A stretch of 64,000 nt of DNA from Desulfomonilia bacterium (GTDB lineage Bacteria; Desulfobacterota; Desulfomonilia; UBA1062): the NCBI GenBank assembly GCA_050014195.1, contig JBEKDT010000008.1, forward strand, positions 149,407 through 213,406, read 5' to 3'. Under the pieces are notes generated by a model. That model was given only the letters and a program-made list of their open reading frames with translations. It was not told where the DNA came from and did no database searches. This document shows, one piece after another, positions 54,417 to 64,000 of the stretch; within the stretch, counting starts at the first letter, position 1; each line of letters opens with the position of its first letter. The translations under genes and the position numbers were made by a program.

Positions 54417-55330
54417 GATGCGTCCGTATCCTCGGCAGTCTCGAAGGAGCCGGCCCATTTCTTGTTGATCCTTTCCTGGATCTCATCGACCTGAGAGGTG
54501 TTCATAATCCTGAACCTGCTCTGGGCCTTGAAAAACTCAGCTACCGGAACGAGAGAGCGCTTGTCCGCGATCTTGCGGGATGCACCGGTCAGTCTGATTT
54601 CGGAATGTTCCACCTCGTAGAGCTCGAACAACCCTGTCTCCACGGCCAGCTTCCCGAGCTTTACGGCATAACGGGTCTCGAAGCCCCAGCCCGGAGGGCA
54701 GGGAATCTGGATATGGATGTACTTCACGCCGGGCAGCGTTACGGCCTTGCTGACCTTGTCGAAGAGGTCCAGAGGATATGATGCCGAGCATGTGGCTACA
54801 TAGGAGAGGTTGTGGGCAGCCATTATGGCAGGCACATCTTTTTTCTGCTGCAGCTTACCCTTGATGGGTGTGTTCGCGGTGATGGCCCACTGGGGAGTAG
54901 TGCCCGAACGCTGGACTCCGGTGTTCATATAGCCCTCGTTGTCGTAGCAGATAAACAGGAAGTTGTCTCCGCGCTCTGCCGCACCTGAGAGTGCCTGGAG
55001 CCCGATATCTGCTGTGCCCCCGTCACCCGCCCACGCCACAACCTTGATGTCCTGTTTGCCCAGTGCCTTGAGCGCTGCGAGCATGCCCGTGGATGCTGCA
55101 GCAGTCGATGCAAAGGTGACATTCAGGCTTGCGAGCTTGGTAGCGGCAACGGGGTAGAGCCCCTGAAGAACGGTGAGGCAGCTCGGAGGCACCACGAGGA
55201 TAGTGTTTCTGCCGAGGGCCTTCAGTGCGATCCGGTATGCGATGCCCAGCCCACAGCCTGAGCAGGCCCTGGTTCCCGGGTTTACAAATTCCTCTTCCGG
55301 CAGGCTGAGGATGGTGGTCTTGGTATGCAT
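54413..55330 (-). CDS. porB: Pyruvate/2-oxoacid:ferredoxin oxidoreductase beta subunit
   Basis: ACSGCG, GDGGTADIG, YDNEGYMNTG. Confidence 0.9.
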   Translation of the reverse strand: MHTKTTILSLPEEEFVNPGTRACSGCGLGIAYRIALKALGRNTILVVPPSCLTVLQGLYPVAATKLASLNVTFASTAAASTGMLAALKALGKQDIKVVAWAGDGGTADIGLQALSGAAERGDNFLFICYDNEGYMNTGVQRSGTTPQWAITANTPIKGKLQQKKDVPAIMAAHNLSYVATCSASYPLDLFDKVSKAVTLPGVKYIHIQIPCPPGWGFETRYAVKLGKLAVETGLFELYEVEHSEIRLTGASRKIADKRSLVPVAEFFKAQSRFRIMNTSQVDEIQERINKKWAGSFETAEDTDAS

Positions 55331-55343
55331 GGCACTGTCCTCC

Positions 55344-56549
55344 TTAGATCTTCAACCCGATCCACGCAAGGCCGTCTTGGGCCTTGCTTCCACCCGTGCA
55401 GGAACGATGGAGCGCCTCATACAGATCGATGGTTTTGATCTCCCTGCCGCCGAGACCGAGGATGTAGTTATGAACAAAGGGCCTCTTTTTTCGGGATCCA
55501 TTCTGTGCGTACAGGGCGGCCTTGACGTCGGAACAGAGCGCTCCTTCATATCCATAGCTTAGTGCCTTTTCGAAGACGATGACGCCCTCGGCCTCTGCAA
55601 GACCTTCCGCAACGGCAAGTGCCGGAAACGGCCTGTAGAGGTGTATGCTCATAATACCTGCCTTGATACCCTCATCCCTGAGCCTGTCGATGACCTCGCG
55701 GAGGTGGTATGAGAGCGATCCCAGGCCTACGGCAATGAACCTTGCATCCTCGCACCGGTAGGTTTCATAATGAGGGTTGCCCCCACGTCCAAAATGCCCC
55801 TTGAATCGCTCCTCCACACGGGCCATAACATCGATGGTGCCCTGCAGGTCTTCCTGGAGGAGGTATCTGATTTCCATATAACCATGGGCAAGCCTGCCCT
55901 TGGTGTCGGTCCGGACATCAGGAAGTGTTACGGTGTTCAGGTTGGCAGGTCGAGTCGGGTCGAGGGCGTATGCGGGATTATAAGGGGGAAGAAATGCGTC
56001 TACGTGCTTCTGGTCAGGCACATCGAACGGCATGTATGTGTGGGAAAGAAGGTAGCCGTCATAGCAGAGCATGACAGGGATCATGACTTCTTCTGCGAGC
56101 ATGAAGGCCTTGATGACCCCGTCGATGATCTGCTGGTGGTCATTGACATAGATCTGTATCCACCCCGTGTCCCTCTGGGATATGGAATCCTGGTGGTCGT
56201 TCCAGATGGTCCATGGCGCCCCGACGCCCCTGTTCACTACGCACATGACCAGCGGCAGCCGTGCGCCCGCCGCCCAATGGATCTGTTCATGCATATAGAG
56301 CAGTCCGTTGGCGCTGGTAGCGGTGAAGGCCCTGGCACCCGTAGATGATGCTGCAATACAGACTGCAAGCGCGCTGTGCTCGCTTTCCACGGGCACATAC
56401 TGGGCATCCATCTCGTCTGATTCTATGAATTCCGAGAGCTTCTCGGTGAGCGGGGTCTGCGGGGTGATGGGATAAGCAGCGATCACCTGGGCACGCGAGA
56501 GCTTTACCCCGAGGGCGGCAGCGACATTTCCGGATTCGATGACGTGCAT
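55344..56549 (-). CDS. porA: Pyruvate/2-oxoacid:ferredoxin oxidoreductase alpha subunit
   Basis: AYPITPQT, VESEHSA, YRPFP, GLGGRE. Confidence 0.9.
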   Translation of the reverse strand: MHVIESGNVAAALGVKLSRAQVIAAYPITPQTPLTEKLSEFIESDEMDAQYVPVESEHSALAVCIAASSTGARAFTATSANGLLYMHEQIHWAAGARLPLVMCVVNRGVGAPWTIWNDHQDSISQRDTGWIQIYVNDHQQIIDGVIKAFMLAEEVMIPVMLCYDGYLLSHTYMPFDVPDQKHVDAFLPPYNPAYALDPTRPANLNTVTLPDVRTDTKGRLAHGYMEIRYLLQEDLQGTIDVMARVEERFKGHFGRGGNPHYETYRCEDARFIAVGLGSLSYHLREVIDRLRDEGIKAGIMSIHLYRPFPALAVAEGLAEAEGVIVFEKALSYGYEGALCSDVKAALYAQNGSRKKRPFVHNYILGLGGREIKTIDLYEALHRSCTGGSKAQDGLAWIGLKI

Positions 56550-56550
56550 T

Positions 56551-56865
56551 TTACCGCTTCCTCTCTTTGGCCTGAACAAAACAGGACTCCTCCACCATCG
56601 TAATGGCCTTGGTGGGGCATTCCTCGGCGCAGATGCCGCAGCCCTTGCAGTATTCATAGTCTATCTTCGGAGGTATAGTCCTGGTGATCACCCCGTCAGG
56701 GCAGTAGAGCCAGCAAATGAAACACCCTGCCGCGCCCCGCTTTGCCGGAATGCACGTGCTGGCATCCAGGATGGGGCGGGCGACCCTCCATGAGCCTGTC
56801 CTGCCGCCGTCACCAGGTCCGGGCTCGCTGTGCGATGTTTTGTGGCCATATTGGCGCGTACCCAC
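56551..56865 (-). CDS. porD: 2-oxoacid:ferredoxin oxidoreductase delta (4Fe-4S) subunit
   Basis: TGSWR…CFICWLYCPD…YCKGCGICAEECP; GTG start with GGAGG RBS. Confidence 0.88.
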   Translation of the reverse strand: MGTRQYGHKTSHSEPGPGDGGRTGSWRVARPILDASTCIPAKRGAAGCFICWLYCPDGVITRTIPPKIDYEYCKGCGICAEECPTKAITMVEESCFVQAKERKR

Positions 56866-56869
56866 CTCA

Positions 56870-57430
56870 TTACCCTCCGATAATCGTGTTTTCATATACC
56901 AGCATGGCCGCCTGGGCGTTCTGATCCGGCCTTCGATCTGAGAATTCTTCCTTTATGGCCTCTATAAGGACTTCCATACCGATGATACCGCTGGCTTTTG
57001 CAAAGGCCCCGATGATGCCGGAATTTATCATCCCCTCCGGGAGCCCTGCCTTGACGGACAGTGAGTTTACATCAGCGATAGCCACCACTTTCCCGTCAAA
57101 CCGGTAGTCATCGATGCTGCAGGGCGAGTTGATGACGATGAGGCCTTCTTCCTTGAGCCCGCTTACGATATTTGTCTCCTCCAACAGCACGTGGTCGAGC
57201 ACTACGATGATGTCGGGTTCTTCGATTGGGGAGAGGTCATAGATCTTCTCCTTTGAAATCTTCAACGAGGTAAAGACAGGCGCCCCCCTCCTCTCGGTCC
57301 CGAAGGTCGGCACCATGACCACACCCGGATAGCCGGAGACGAACATGGCTTTTGCAACGATCTTTGCCGCAGTTATGGCGCCCTGTCCGCCCCTCCCATG
57401 CCACCTGATATCTATCTTATCTTTCTTCAT
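56870..57430 (-). CDS. 2-oxoacid:ferredoxin oxidoreductase gamma subunit
   Basis: WHGRGGQG, FGTERRGAPV. Confidence 0.9.
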   Translation of the reverse strand: MKKDKIDIRWHGRGGQGAITAAKIVAKAMFVSGYPGVVMVPTFGTERRGAPVFTSLKISKEKIYDLSPIEEPDIIVVLDHVLLEETNIVSGLKEEGLIVINSPCSIDDYRFDGKVVAIADVNSLSVKAGLPEGMINSGIIGAFAKASGIIGMEVLIEAIKEEFSDRRPDQNAQAAMLVYENTIIGG

Positions 57431-57562
57431 ATGCTGCGGTTCCTAAGTAAGCCGAACAACGGTAGCTCGTGTTTGTTCCCCTTATCCGTAGTGCATTATC
57501 TCCATTTCATGGAGGGCTCGGACAACGCCAATGTACTATATATCAAGACCCGCGATTAATCA

Positions 57563-57578
57563 AGGCACATACTTTGCA
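57563..57578 (+). promoter_or_regulatory. sigma54 promoter
   Basis: AGGCAC-N5-TTGCA upstream of GGDEF gene. Confidence 0.65.
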
Positions 57579-57623
57579 TAAAGTCGTATTGTTCTCAGAG
57601 ACTACACGATAAGGGGAGAAATC

Positions 57624-58601
57624 ATGATCGTACGTGAAGCCGGAGAGTCATCTGTCAGAAGAAAGACGGCATCATTCGAACAGACCAAGAATAGGCCCCT
57701 GGCGCTTTTCACCGAGAGCATCATGTGCGTTCTGACGGGCCATAACACCCATAGTGCCTTTTCCGATCTGATCTCTCTCATGGGTCAGACGTTTCCGTTG
57801 GCTTCACCGGCCCTATACACCAGTACCCAAGGCCTGGAAATGCAGGCATACTCGGTACTCGATGGTAAAGAGGGTGGGGATTATGATGCCACGAGGGTGC
57901 TTGGGTCACAGGGATATTCATATACACGGGTGCTTGCCGGCGGGCAGGCCCCTTACAGTCCATCCAGGGTTGACCTCTCCCTTATGAGCAGCCCGTACAT
58001 CCAGGTTGTTCTATCCATCAATCCTGGTATGCACGAGGAGATCTTTCAGGAATGGGCCAAATATTTGACACCTGCCATCGCCAAATTGATGGACAACGAG
58101 CTCCTCATGAACATGGCATTCAAGGACGGGCTTACCGGATTGCTTAATTACCGGGCCTTTTCCGAGACCCTTATGGCTGAATGGGATCGTGCGAGGCGCT
58201 ACAAGACCACATTCTCGCTTATGATGATAGACATCGACCACTTTAAGCGGGTGAACGACAAGTACGGTCATCAAGCCGGCGACACGGTGCTCACCGCTAT
58301 TGCAAACAGGCTCCAGAGCCGGCTGCGCAAGAGTGATCTCATGTTCCGGTACGGTGGCGAGGAATTCATGATCCTCCTTCCCCAGACCGGGCTTTATAAG
58401 GCTTCACTCCTGGCGGAAAGAATTCGGGTAGTGGTTGAGAAGATGAGATTTCATGGTGATCTCGCCGTCACCATAAGTATCGGCATCAGTCAATATCAGG
58501 ATGGACTAACGCCGTCCGATCTTGTAAAACAGGTGGATACAGGGCTCTATCTCGCAAAAGGCAAGGGCCGCAACCGCGTTGAAATCTATAAAGACATTTA
58601 A
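57624..58601 (+). CDS. Diguanylate cyclase
   Basis: DGLTGLLN, DIDHFK, RKSD I-site, RYGGEEF. Confidence 0.93.
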   Translation: MIVREAGESSVRRKTASFEQTKNRPLALFTESIMCVLTGHNTHSAFSDLISLMGQTFPLASPALYTSTQGLEMQAYSVLDGKEGGDYDATRVLGSQGYSYTRVLAGGQAPYSPSRVDLSLMSSPYIQVVLSINPGMHEEIFQEWAKYLTPAIAKLMDNELLMNMAFKDGLTGLLNYRAFSETLMAEWDRARRYKTTFSLMMIDIDHFKRVNDKYGHQAGDTVLTAIANRLQSRLRKSDLMFRYGGEEFMILLPQTGLYKASLLAERIRVVVEKMRFHGDLAVTISIGISQYQDGLTPSDLVKQVDTGLYLAKGKGRNRVEIYKDI

Positions 58602-58619
58602 TCTCTTTGAGGAAGTGGA

Positions 58620-59447
58620 ATGAATATTGACAGTCTCCTCGATCTTGACTCAGGGCTGTTTGCCCTTGGTCCGGATGGGAAAAAGGTACGGGGCAAGATT
58701 ACTGATGTAATTGATGAGGATGTATTTGTCTTTGTGCCGGATGTGGTTTTGGATGTCAAAATCGGTGCAATCGTAAAGGTCACTGACGGCCAGGATTCCT
58801 TGCTTGCCAAACTCATTGAGCGAGGCGACACCGGGCTCAAACTCTCTATCGAGTGTTATTTGTCCCCGGGGCATGAAAGACGGCAGGATGTCAGGATATA
58901 TGATAAGGTCTACCATCACGCCAAACTGATCTGCCATGCAAGAGAGAAATCTCGTATGCTCTCTTCCGCCCTTGATCGCATATGCTCGAACAAGCTTATC
59001 ATAGATTCATTCCTCAAAGGCCAGTATGGATACCCAGGCTCGGATGAGCCGGTCTTCCAAAAGGAGACCACAACGGACAAAGGCCTCTGGGAGGTAAACC
59101 GGAAGCTCGACCTCTTGATCCACATGTTTCTTGCAGATGATTTCAGGTCTCTCATGAACACATCTCCTAAGGATGTCAATATATCTGCATCCGGAATGCG
59201 CTTCATTTCCAATGAGGCATACGAGATAGGTGATTTTGTTGAGATTCATCTCATCCTGCCTATGGTGCCGCTCCTCTTTGTAAGGCTCGTGGGTGAGGTG
59301 ATTCGCCAAAAGGCTCTCACCAGTGCCCAGATCAAACGCTATGCCGTGGCAGTAAAATATCTCCAGGTCGATAATGATACACGGGATGATATCATCCGTT
59401 ACCTCTTCAGAAGACAGCGTGAGGTCTTAAGGAAGAGGCAGTTATAG
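58620..59447 (+). CDS. PilZ domain protein
   Basis: ERRQDVR and NISASG motifs. Confidence 0.85.
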   Translation: MNIDSLLDLDSGLFALGPDGKKVRGKITDVIDEDVFVFVPDVVLDVKIGAIVKVTDGQDSLLAKLIERGDTGLKLSIECYLSPGHERRQDVRIYDKVYHHAKLICHAREKSRMLSSALDRICSNKLIIDSFLKGQYGYPGSDEPVFQKETTTDKGLWEVNRKLDLLIHMFLADDFRSLMNTSPKDVNISASGMRFISNEAYEIGDFVEIHLILPMVPLLFVRLVGEVIRQKALTSAQIKRYAVAVKYLQVDNDTRDDIIRYLFRRQREVLRKRQL

Positions 59448-59451
59448 TAAT

Positions 59452-59561
59452 AGTGTTAAGTGTTAAGTTTTAGGTTTTAAGGTTTCAAGTTTAAAGATAG
59501 GACCATGTATTATGACCTGCTGATATTCACTTAAAACGTAAAACCTAAAACTTAACACTAT
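59452..59561. repeat. Inverted heptamer-repeat element
   Basis: (a/g)gt(g/t)tta heptamers; perfect 21-bp IR 59459-59479 / 59539-59559. Confidence 0.8.
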
Positions 59562-59591
59562 ACCGAATATACCTGCCTCAATCCCTCATGA

Positions 59592-61886
59592 TTGACTTCA
59601 AAAGAGAGCTTGGCATATAGATGTGGGGCTGTGACACGCACAAAAAAGATTATTCTCTCGATGGTTTTTGCCCTTGTACTTGTTGGTATTCTGTTCGTTG
59701 CCGGCTTAAGCCTGAATGTCTATCGGGAGATGATGAAGATCAATACCGGCACCCTGTGGCATCTCCCCACAAGGATATACAGCAGTCCTTTTGAGTTCAG
59801 GCCAGGCATAGATATCAGAGAAACGGGCCTGGCAGGAAGACTGACCCATCTGGGATACCGAAATTCTATTGCGGCAGAATCCCCCGGCCAGTATTGCCTG
59901 CTCAGAACCTCCATCACTATCTATCTCCATCCGTTTGAGTATCCTGAAGGCCCTCAGAAAGCCCAAAAGGTAAGGGTGATCCTGGATGGAAATCGGATAA
60001 AGGCCCTTGCCCCCGAGAAGACCGAGGCGGGCATGGCCTCGGCACGACTGGAGCCCGAATGTATTGCAACCTTATACGATGCCGGGTTTGAGGATAGAGA
60101 GATCATCAAACTGAAAGATTGTCCGCGCCATTTGATTGACGCCCTCTTGTGTGTTGAAGACCGGAGGTTTTATGATCATTCGGGTATCGACATAAGGTCT
60201 ATGGCAAGGGCTCTGCTGGCGGATATGTTTCATGCCCATGTAGTTGAGGGCGGCTCCACCATCACCCAGCAGCTCGCCAAGAACCTGTTCCTCACGCATG
60301 AAAGGACCGTAAGCCGCAAGATAAAGGAAATATGGCTATCCGCAATTATGGAGACGGTTTTTACCAAGGATGAGATCCTCTCCATGTACATGAATGAGAT
60401 CTATCTCGGACGTTTCGGTTCTGCAGGTATCCATGGTTTCGGCAGGGCCTCGAAGATCTTTTTCGACAAGGACGTATCCGACCTTGACCTGCATGAAGCA
60501 GCGCTGCTTGTCGGTCTTGTCCGGGCACCGAACACCTATTCGCCCTATTCTCATCCGAAGACGGCCTTGGAGCGGAGAAACACGGTGTTGGCCATGATGC
60601 GGGAGCAAGGTAAGATCACCGATGCACAATATGACACGGCTGTACACAAGCCCTTAAGTATAGTCCCCTTTACCCCTTCCATGAAACAGGCCCCGTTCTT
60701 TATCGATCACATCCTGTCTTCAGTTCGCATGCTCTACCCTGATGAGGATATCCTTACAAAAGGGGGGCTGCATCTTTTCACGACCCTTGACATGAACATG
60801 CAACACACGACAGAAGACATCGTTGCCGGGGGTGCAGCGGGGCTTGCAAAAAACATCCAAATCGCCTCGGTCATCATTAACCCGGCAACCGGAGCAATAT
60901 TGGCAATGGTAGGAGGCAGGGATTATGGCGCATCCCAGTTTAACAGGGTTACCTCCATCCGACGAAACATCGGTTCTCTTATCAAACCCATTATTTATTA
61001 CTGTGCGCTGAAGAACGGATACACCCTCGCAAGCGTACTTGACGACAGCCCCCTGACGGTCAAGCTTGAGAACAAGACCGCCTGGTCGCCTGCTAATTAC
61101 GATAAGATCAGCCATGGTAATATCCTGCTATTAGATGCCCTGGCCCATTCCTATAACCTGGCAACCGTCAGGCTTGGACTTACCCTCGGTCTTGATCATG
61201 TTATCCCGGAAGTAAGAAGTGTCCTTCCTCGGACAGCGTTACTCAAGCAGCCATCGCTGCTCCTTGGTGCCATTAACTGTTCACCTTTGGATGTTGCGGG
61301 CATGTATTCAGTCTTTGCCGGCGGCGGCTTACGGATTGAACCATGGTGCCTGGAGACAATCGTGGATGAGCACGGGGCAGTGCTATGGAAGGATCAACAT
61401 AAAGATCCCCAGAAGGTCCTTGACCCCGGACCCATATACCTCCTTAACACGGCGCTTCAGGAGGCCATACGGAGCGGCACTGCAAAAGCGGCCAAGTCAT
61501 TCGGGGTTCCGGATGGGATATGCGGCAAGACCGGTACTACCAATGAGATGAAGGACTCCTGGTTCGCCGCTTATACACAAGACATGGTTATCGTTGTATG
61601 GCTCGGAGATGATGCCTTCAGGGCGATCGGCTTTACGGGTGCAACAGGTGCAATGCCTTTTGCAGCGAGGATAATTGCCCGGATTGCAGAGCCCAGGCCA
61701 TGGGGGACTCCGGATGATATCACCTTCTGCGCCATTGACCCGGCAAACGGGAAGCGTGCTACAAACTGGACAGCCGCTGCTGTGACCCTGCCCTTTATAA
61801 AGGGAACCGAACCTAATGAAGTATCCGAGGAGGGCATGCCCGGTTTATGGAAGGTCCTGAAGCACATCTTCCCGTTCGGGAAATGA
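59592..61886 (+). CDS. Class A penicillin-binding protein (PBP1B-like)
   Basis: EDRRFYDH, GGSTITQQL, SLIK, SYN, KTG; start uncertain. Confidence 0.92.
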   Translation: MTSKESLAYRCGAVTRTKKIILSMVFALVLVGILFVAGLSLNVYREMMKINTGTLWHLPTRIYSSPFEFRPGIDIRETGLAGRLTHLGYRNSIAAESPGQYCLLRTSITIYLHPFEYPEGPQKAQKVRVILDGNRIKALAPEKTEAGMASARLEPECIATLYDAGFEDREIIKLKDCPRHLIDALLCVEDRRFYDHSGIDIRSMARALLADMFHAHVVEGGSTITQQLAKNLFLTHERTVSRKIKEIWLSAIMETVFTKDEILSMYMNEIYLGRFGSAGIHGFGRASKIFFDKDVSDLDLHEAALLVGLVRAPNTYSPYSHPKTALERRNTVLAMMREQGKITDAQYDTAVHKPLSIVPFTPSMKQAPFFIDHILSSVRMLYPDEDILTKGGLHLFTTLDMNMQHTTEDIVAGGAAGLAKNIQIASVIINPATGAILAMVGGRDYGASQFNRVTSIRRNIGSLIKPIIYYCALKNGYTLASVLDDSPLTVKLENKTAWSPANYDKISHGNILLLDALAHSYNLATVRLGLTLGLDHVIPEVRSVLPRTALLKQPSLLLGAINCSPLDVAGMYSVFAGGGLRIEPWCLETIVDEHGAVLWKDQHKDPQKVLDPGPIYLLNTALQEAIRSGTAKAAKSFGVPDGICGKTGTTNEMKDSWFAAYTQDMVIVVWLGDDAFRAIGFTGATGAMPFAARIIARIAEPRPWGTPDDITFCAIDPANGKRATNWTAAAVTLPFIKGTEPNEVSEEGMPGLWKVLKHIFPFGK

Positions 61887-61909
61887 TAGATATCAGTTGT
61901 CCCTGTTCA

Positions 61910-62617
61910 CTAGAGCGGTCTCTTCCACTTCGACTTTACGGGTCTCTTTTTGAGAAGCACATACAGCGCCCCGGTGCCGCCGTCACAGGGGCGGGCGGAA
62001 CAAAAGGCAAGCACCAGGTGGGAGAGGGTCCCGGTAGTAAGCCACCGGACCACCCCTTCCTTGAGAACGGGGCCGGTATCTGATTTCAGCCCCCTGCCAT
62101 GGATGACGAGCAGACTCCTGTATCCCATGGCATGGCAGTTCTGGATGAAATTGATGAGTGCGGTTTTGGCTTCTTCCTTTATGTGTCCGTGGAGGTCGAG
62201 GTGTGCCTGGATGGTGAGTTCGCCTGATTTCAGCTGCCTTAATACCCTTGGATCGAGTGAAATCACATGGCCTTCCAGATATTCCCCCGTACAGGTGATG
62301 TCAAAACGGGACTTTCCCGAGACCAAGGCATGGAGAGTATCCATGACCTCTTTGTCCTGTCTGTTCGCATGCTCGCGCACCTGGTGTGCTATGGATGCCT
62401 GATCCATGGGTTCAGGCGTTACACGATCGTTCGGTATCGGCATCACGCCTTCCATGGCCTTGGTGAACAGGGCGGACTCGGTTTCGGTAGATGGAACGTT
62501 TTCTGAAGGCTCGGCCTGGGGAGTCTTTTGCTGCTTGAGCTCGGAATTCTTCTTTGCAGGCAGTCTGATCCCCTTGAGCCGGGTGAAGGGGGCATGAAAA
62601 GGTTTATCATCCTTCAT
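61910..62617 (-). CDS. Smr/MutS-related domain protein
   Basis: LDLHG, VIHGRG, DGGTGALYVLL. Confidence 0.9.
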   Translation of the reverse strand: MKDDKPFHAPFTRLKGIRLPAKKNSELKQQKTPQAEPSENVPSTETESALFTKAMEGVMPIPNDRVTPEPMDQASIAHQVREHANRQDKEVMDTLHALVSGKSRFDITCTGEYLEGHVISLDPRVLRQLKSGELTIQAHLDLHGHIKEEAKTALINFIQNCHAMGYRSLLVIHGRGLKSDTGPVLKEGVVRWLTTGTLSHLVLAFCSARPCDGGTGALYVLLKKRPVKSKWKRPL

Positions 62618-62631
62618 AATTACTTATTAGC

Positions 62632-62747
62632 AAAAAAAAAGGGCCCACTCAATAAGAGGTGGTAGTGGGCCTAAAAGGAGGTCTATAGCCCTTGATAGAT
62701 TGCTATAGGCTGGGGCGTATATATAAGAGCTATTTTGGCAATGTCAA
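62632..62747 (-). ncRNA. Candidate sRNA C with promoter
   Basis: TTGACA + AT-rich -10, CUAUAGC/GCUAUAG hairpin, ACCUCCUUUU, terminator GGCCCACU/AGUGGGCC + U9. Confidence 0.55.
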
Positions 62748-62803
62748 ATATTTTTCTCTTATGATATTGTTAAACAAAAGTAAATTATGCTTTTAGGGGT
62801 GTT

Positions 62804-63712
62804 ATGAACATACATCAGGTACACATCTTCAATATAACTGCGCGGACATTAAGCATAACCAAGACCGCCAAGAAGATGCATCTGTCACAGCCATCGGTGA
62901 GCATCCAAATCAAGGATCTGGAAGATTCGCTGAATGTCCGCCTTTTTGACAGGATAAACCGCAAGATCACCTTGACGGATGCCGGAAAGGTCTTTTTTGA
63001 ATATTCCGAGCGGCTGCTGAATCTGATCGACGAGATCGATGCCGTGATGAATGAGTTCAGTTCAGGGGATGTGGGCAGACTGGTACTCGGGGCCTCCAGT
63101 ACGGTGGGGATCTATGTCCTGCCAAGGTTCTTAGGCGAGTTCAAGGAACTTTACCCCAAGGCCGAGATCGCCCTGCATATCCAGAACCGGCAGGAGGCGG
63201 TGGAGCAGTGTGTGGCAGGTGAACTTGATTTTGCCTTTATGCAGGACCCCCCTAAGCACCCTGACCTCCAGAGCGAGTTCTTCATGAAGGACGAGTTGGT
63301 CATCGTATGTTCTCCCAAGCACCGCTGGGCGAAGATGGATCACCTCACGATGAAGACTCTCTCCTCAGAGCCCGAGCCCATCATCCTGCGGGAAGAAGGC
63401 TCTGGCACCAGGGGTATCATTGAATATGTGCTCAAGCGATATGGAATTGAGCGAAAAGTCACTATGGAACTGAGTTCCTCGGAAGGCATTAAACGGGCAG
63501 TGGAAGCGAATCTCGGGGTGGCTGTTCTCTCCAAGAATGTCATCGCAAGCGAGATCAAGAACAAAACCCTGGTGGCGCTTCCCATCAAAGACCTGGACAC
63601 GAAGAGAGAATTCTTTGTGGTAAGGAACAAGAAACGCAAATTCATGCCGCTCATGATGAAGTTCTACGACTTTATTCTGGAGAGGAGAAACCAGATCGAG
63701 GGACCTTTCTAG
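62804..63712 (+). CDS. LysR-family regulator (CysL-like)
   Basis: SITKTAKKMHLSQPSVSIQIKDLE; REEGSGTR. Confidence 0.93.
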   Translation: MNIHQVHIFNITARTLSITKTAKKMHLSQPSVSIQIKDLEDSLNVRLFDRINRKITLTDAGKVFFEYSERLLNLIDEIDAVMNEFSSGDVGRLVLGASSTVGIYVLPRFLGEFKELYPKAEIALHIQNRQEAVEQCVAGELDFAFMQDPPKHPDLQSEFFMKDELVIVCSPKHRWAKMDHLTMKTLSSEPEPIILREEGSGTRGIIEYVLKRYGIERKVTMELSSSEGIKRAVEANLGVAVLSKNVIASEIKNKTLVALPIKDLDTKREFFVVRNKKRKFMPLMMKFYDFILERRNQIEGPF

Positions 63713-63804
63713 GATAGAGGCTCCTGGGCGCAGCAGTTATTTCTTCCTGCTTGTTATAATGTCATATCTGCAGGGATTTACATACTCTTCTTGTATCCTT
63801 ACTC

Positions 63805-63866
63805 ATGAATAATGATTCATCTTTTCTTGACATCACAAACCCAAGGATGATATGAATCACCATTCA
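63805..63866. promoter_or_regulatory. Two TGAAT-N4-ATTCA operators flanking a sigma70 promoter
   Basis: atgaataatgattcat (63805-63820), tgaatcaccattca (63853-63866), TTGACA at 63827. Confidence 0.6.
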
Positions 63867-63886
63867 ATTTCCCTTTAGGAGCTTAT

Positions 63887-64000
63887 ATGCATGAGATCAG
63901 GGTCCATGGGAGAGGGGGACAGGGTGCTGTCACTTCAGCTGAGCTCATAGCCATTGCCGCCATCGATACGGGCAGATTCGCGCAGGCTTTCCCCAGCTTT
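63887..64000 (+). CDS. Second 2-oxoacid:ferredoxin oxidoreductase gamma subunit (partial)
   Basis: [20 protein letters not shown]…AQAFPSF, runs off window. Confidence 0.88.
   Translation, partial: MHEIRVHGRGGQGAVTSAELIAIAAIDTGRFAQAFPSF

Noticed and set aside
62692-62796. Short TTG-start + strand ORF after AGGAGG (possible type I toxin)
   Set aside because: Weak start, not hydrophobic enough, and no equivalent ORF in the island copies

Overview
Bacterial chromosome segment. Gene content (porin types, por genes, sigma54 promoters) suggests an anaerobic Desulfobacterota/deltaproteobacterium; this is inference. Left core: glgP (partial), pyk, tRNA-Leu(TAG). The tRNA is an integration hotspot carrying tandem islands bounded by copies of its 3' half. 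Island 1 (3912-32425, about 28.5 kb) is an integrative mobilizable element: tyrosine integrase, excisionase, MOBQ TraA relaxase with oriT and no T4SS. Its cargo is a 1256-aa orphan with a C-terminal PD-(D/E)xK-like motif, a signal-peptide-bearing SpvB/FG-GAP/Rhs toxin with an NlpC/P60-like tip plus putative immunity gene, a cluster of candidate sRNAs, a PAS hybrid kinase, a second recombinase, an SDR/enoyl-CoA hydratase/AraC cluster and a HigBA-type TA. Island 2 (32426-36841) has a decayed integrase and three uncharacterised genes, including a membrane-associated two-gene unit. A further decayed segment (cstA, recombinase fragment, porin, comEA-like) follows. Right core: rpsU-yqeY-mutS2-dnaG-rpoD, porin, PMM/PGM, SH3 protein, threonine dehydratase, porGDAB-type operon, GGDEF-PilZ, PBP1B, Smr, LysR and a partial second porG. 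The best novelty candidates are a recurring promoter-hairpin-ACCUCCUUU-terminator small RNA architecture (island and core copies), the orphan defence-like genes, and the Sec-type Rhs toxin.
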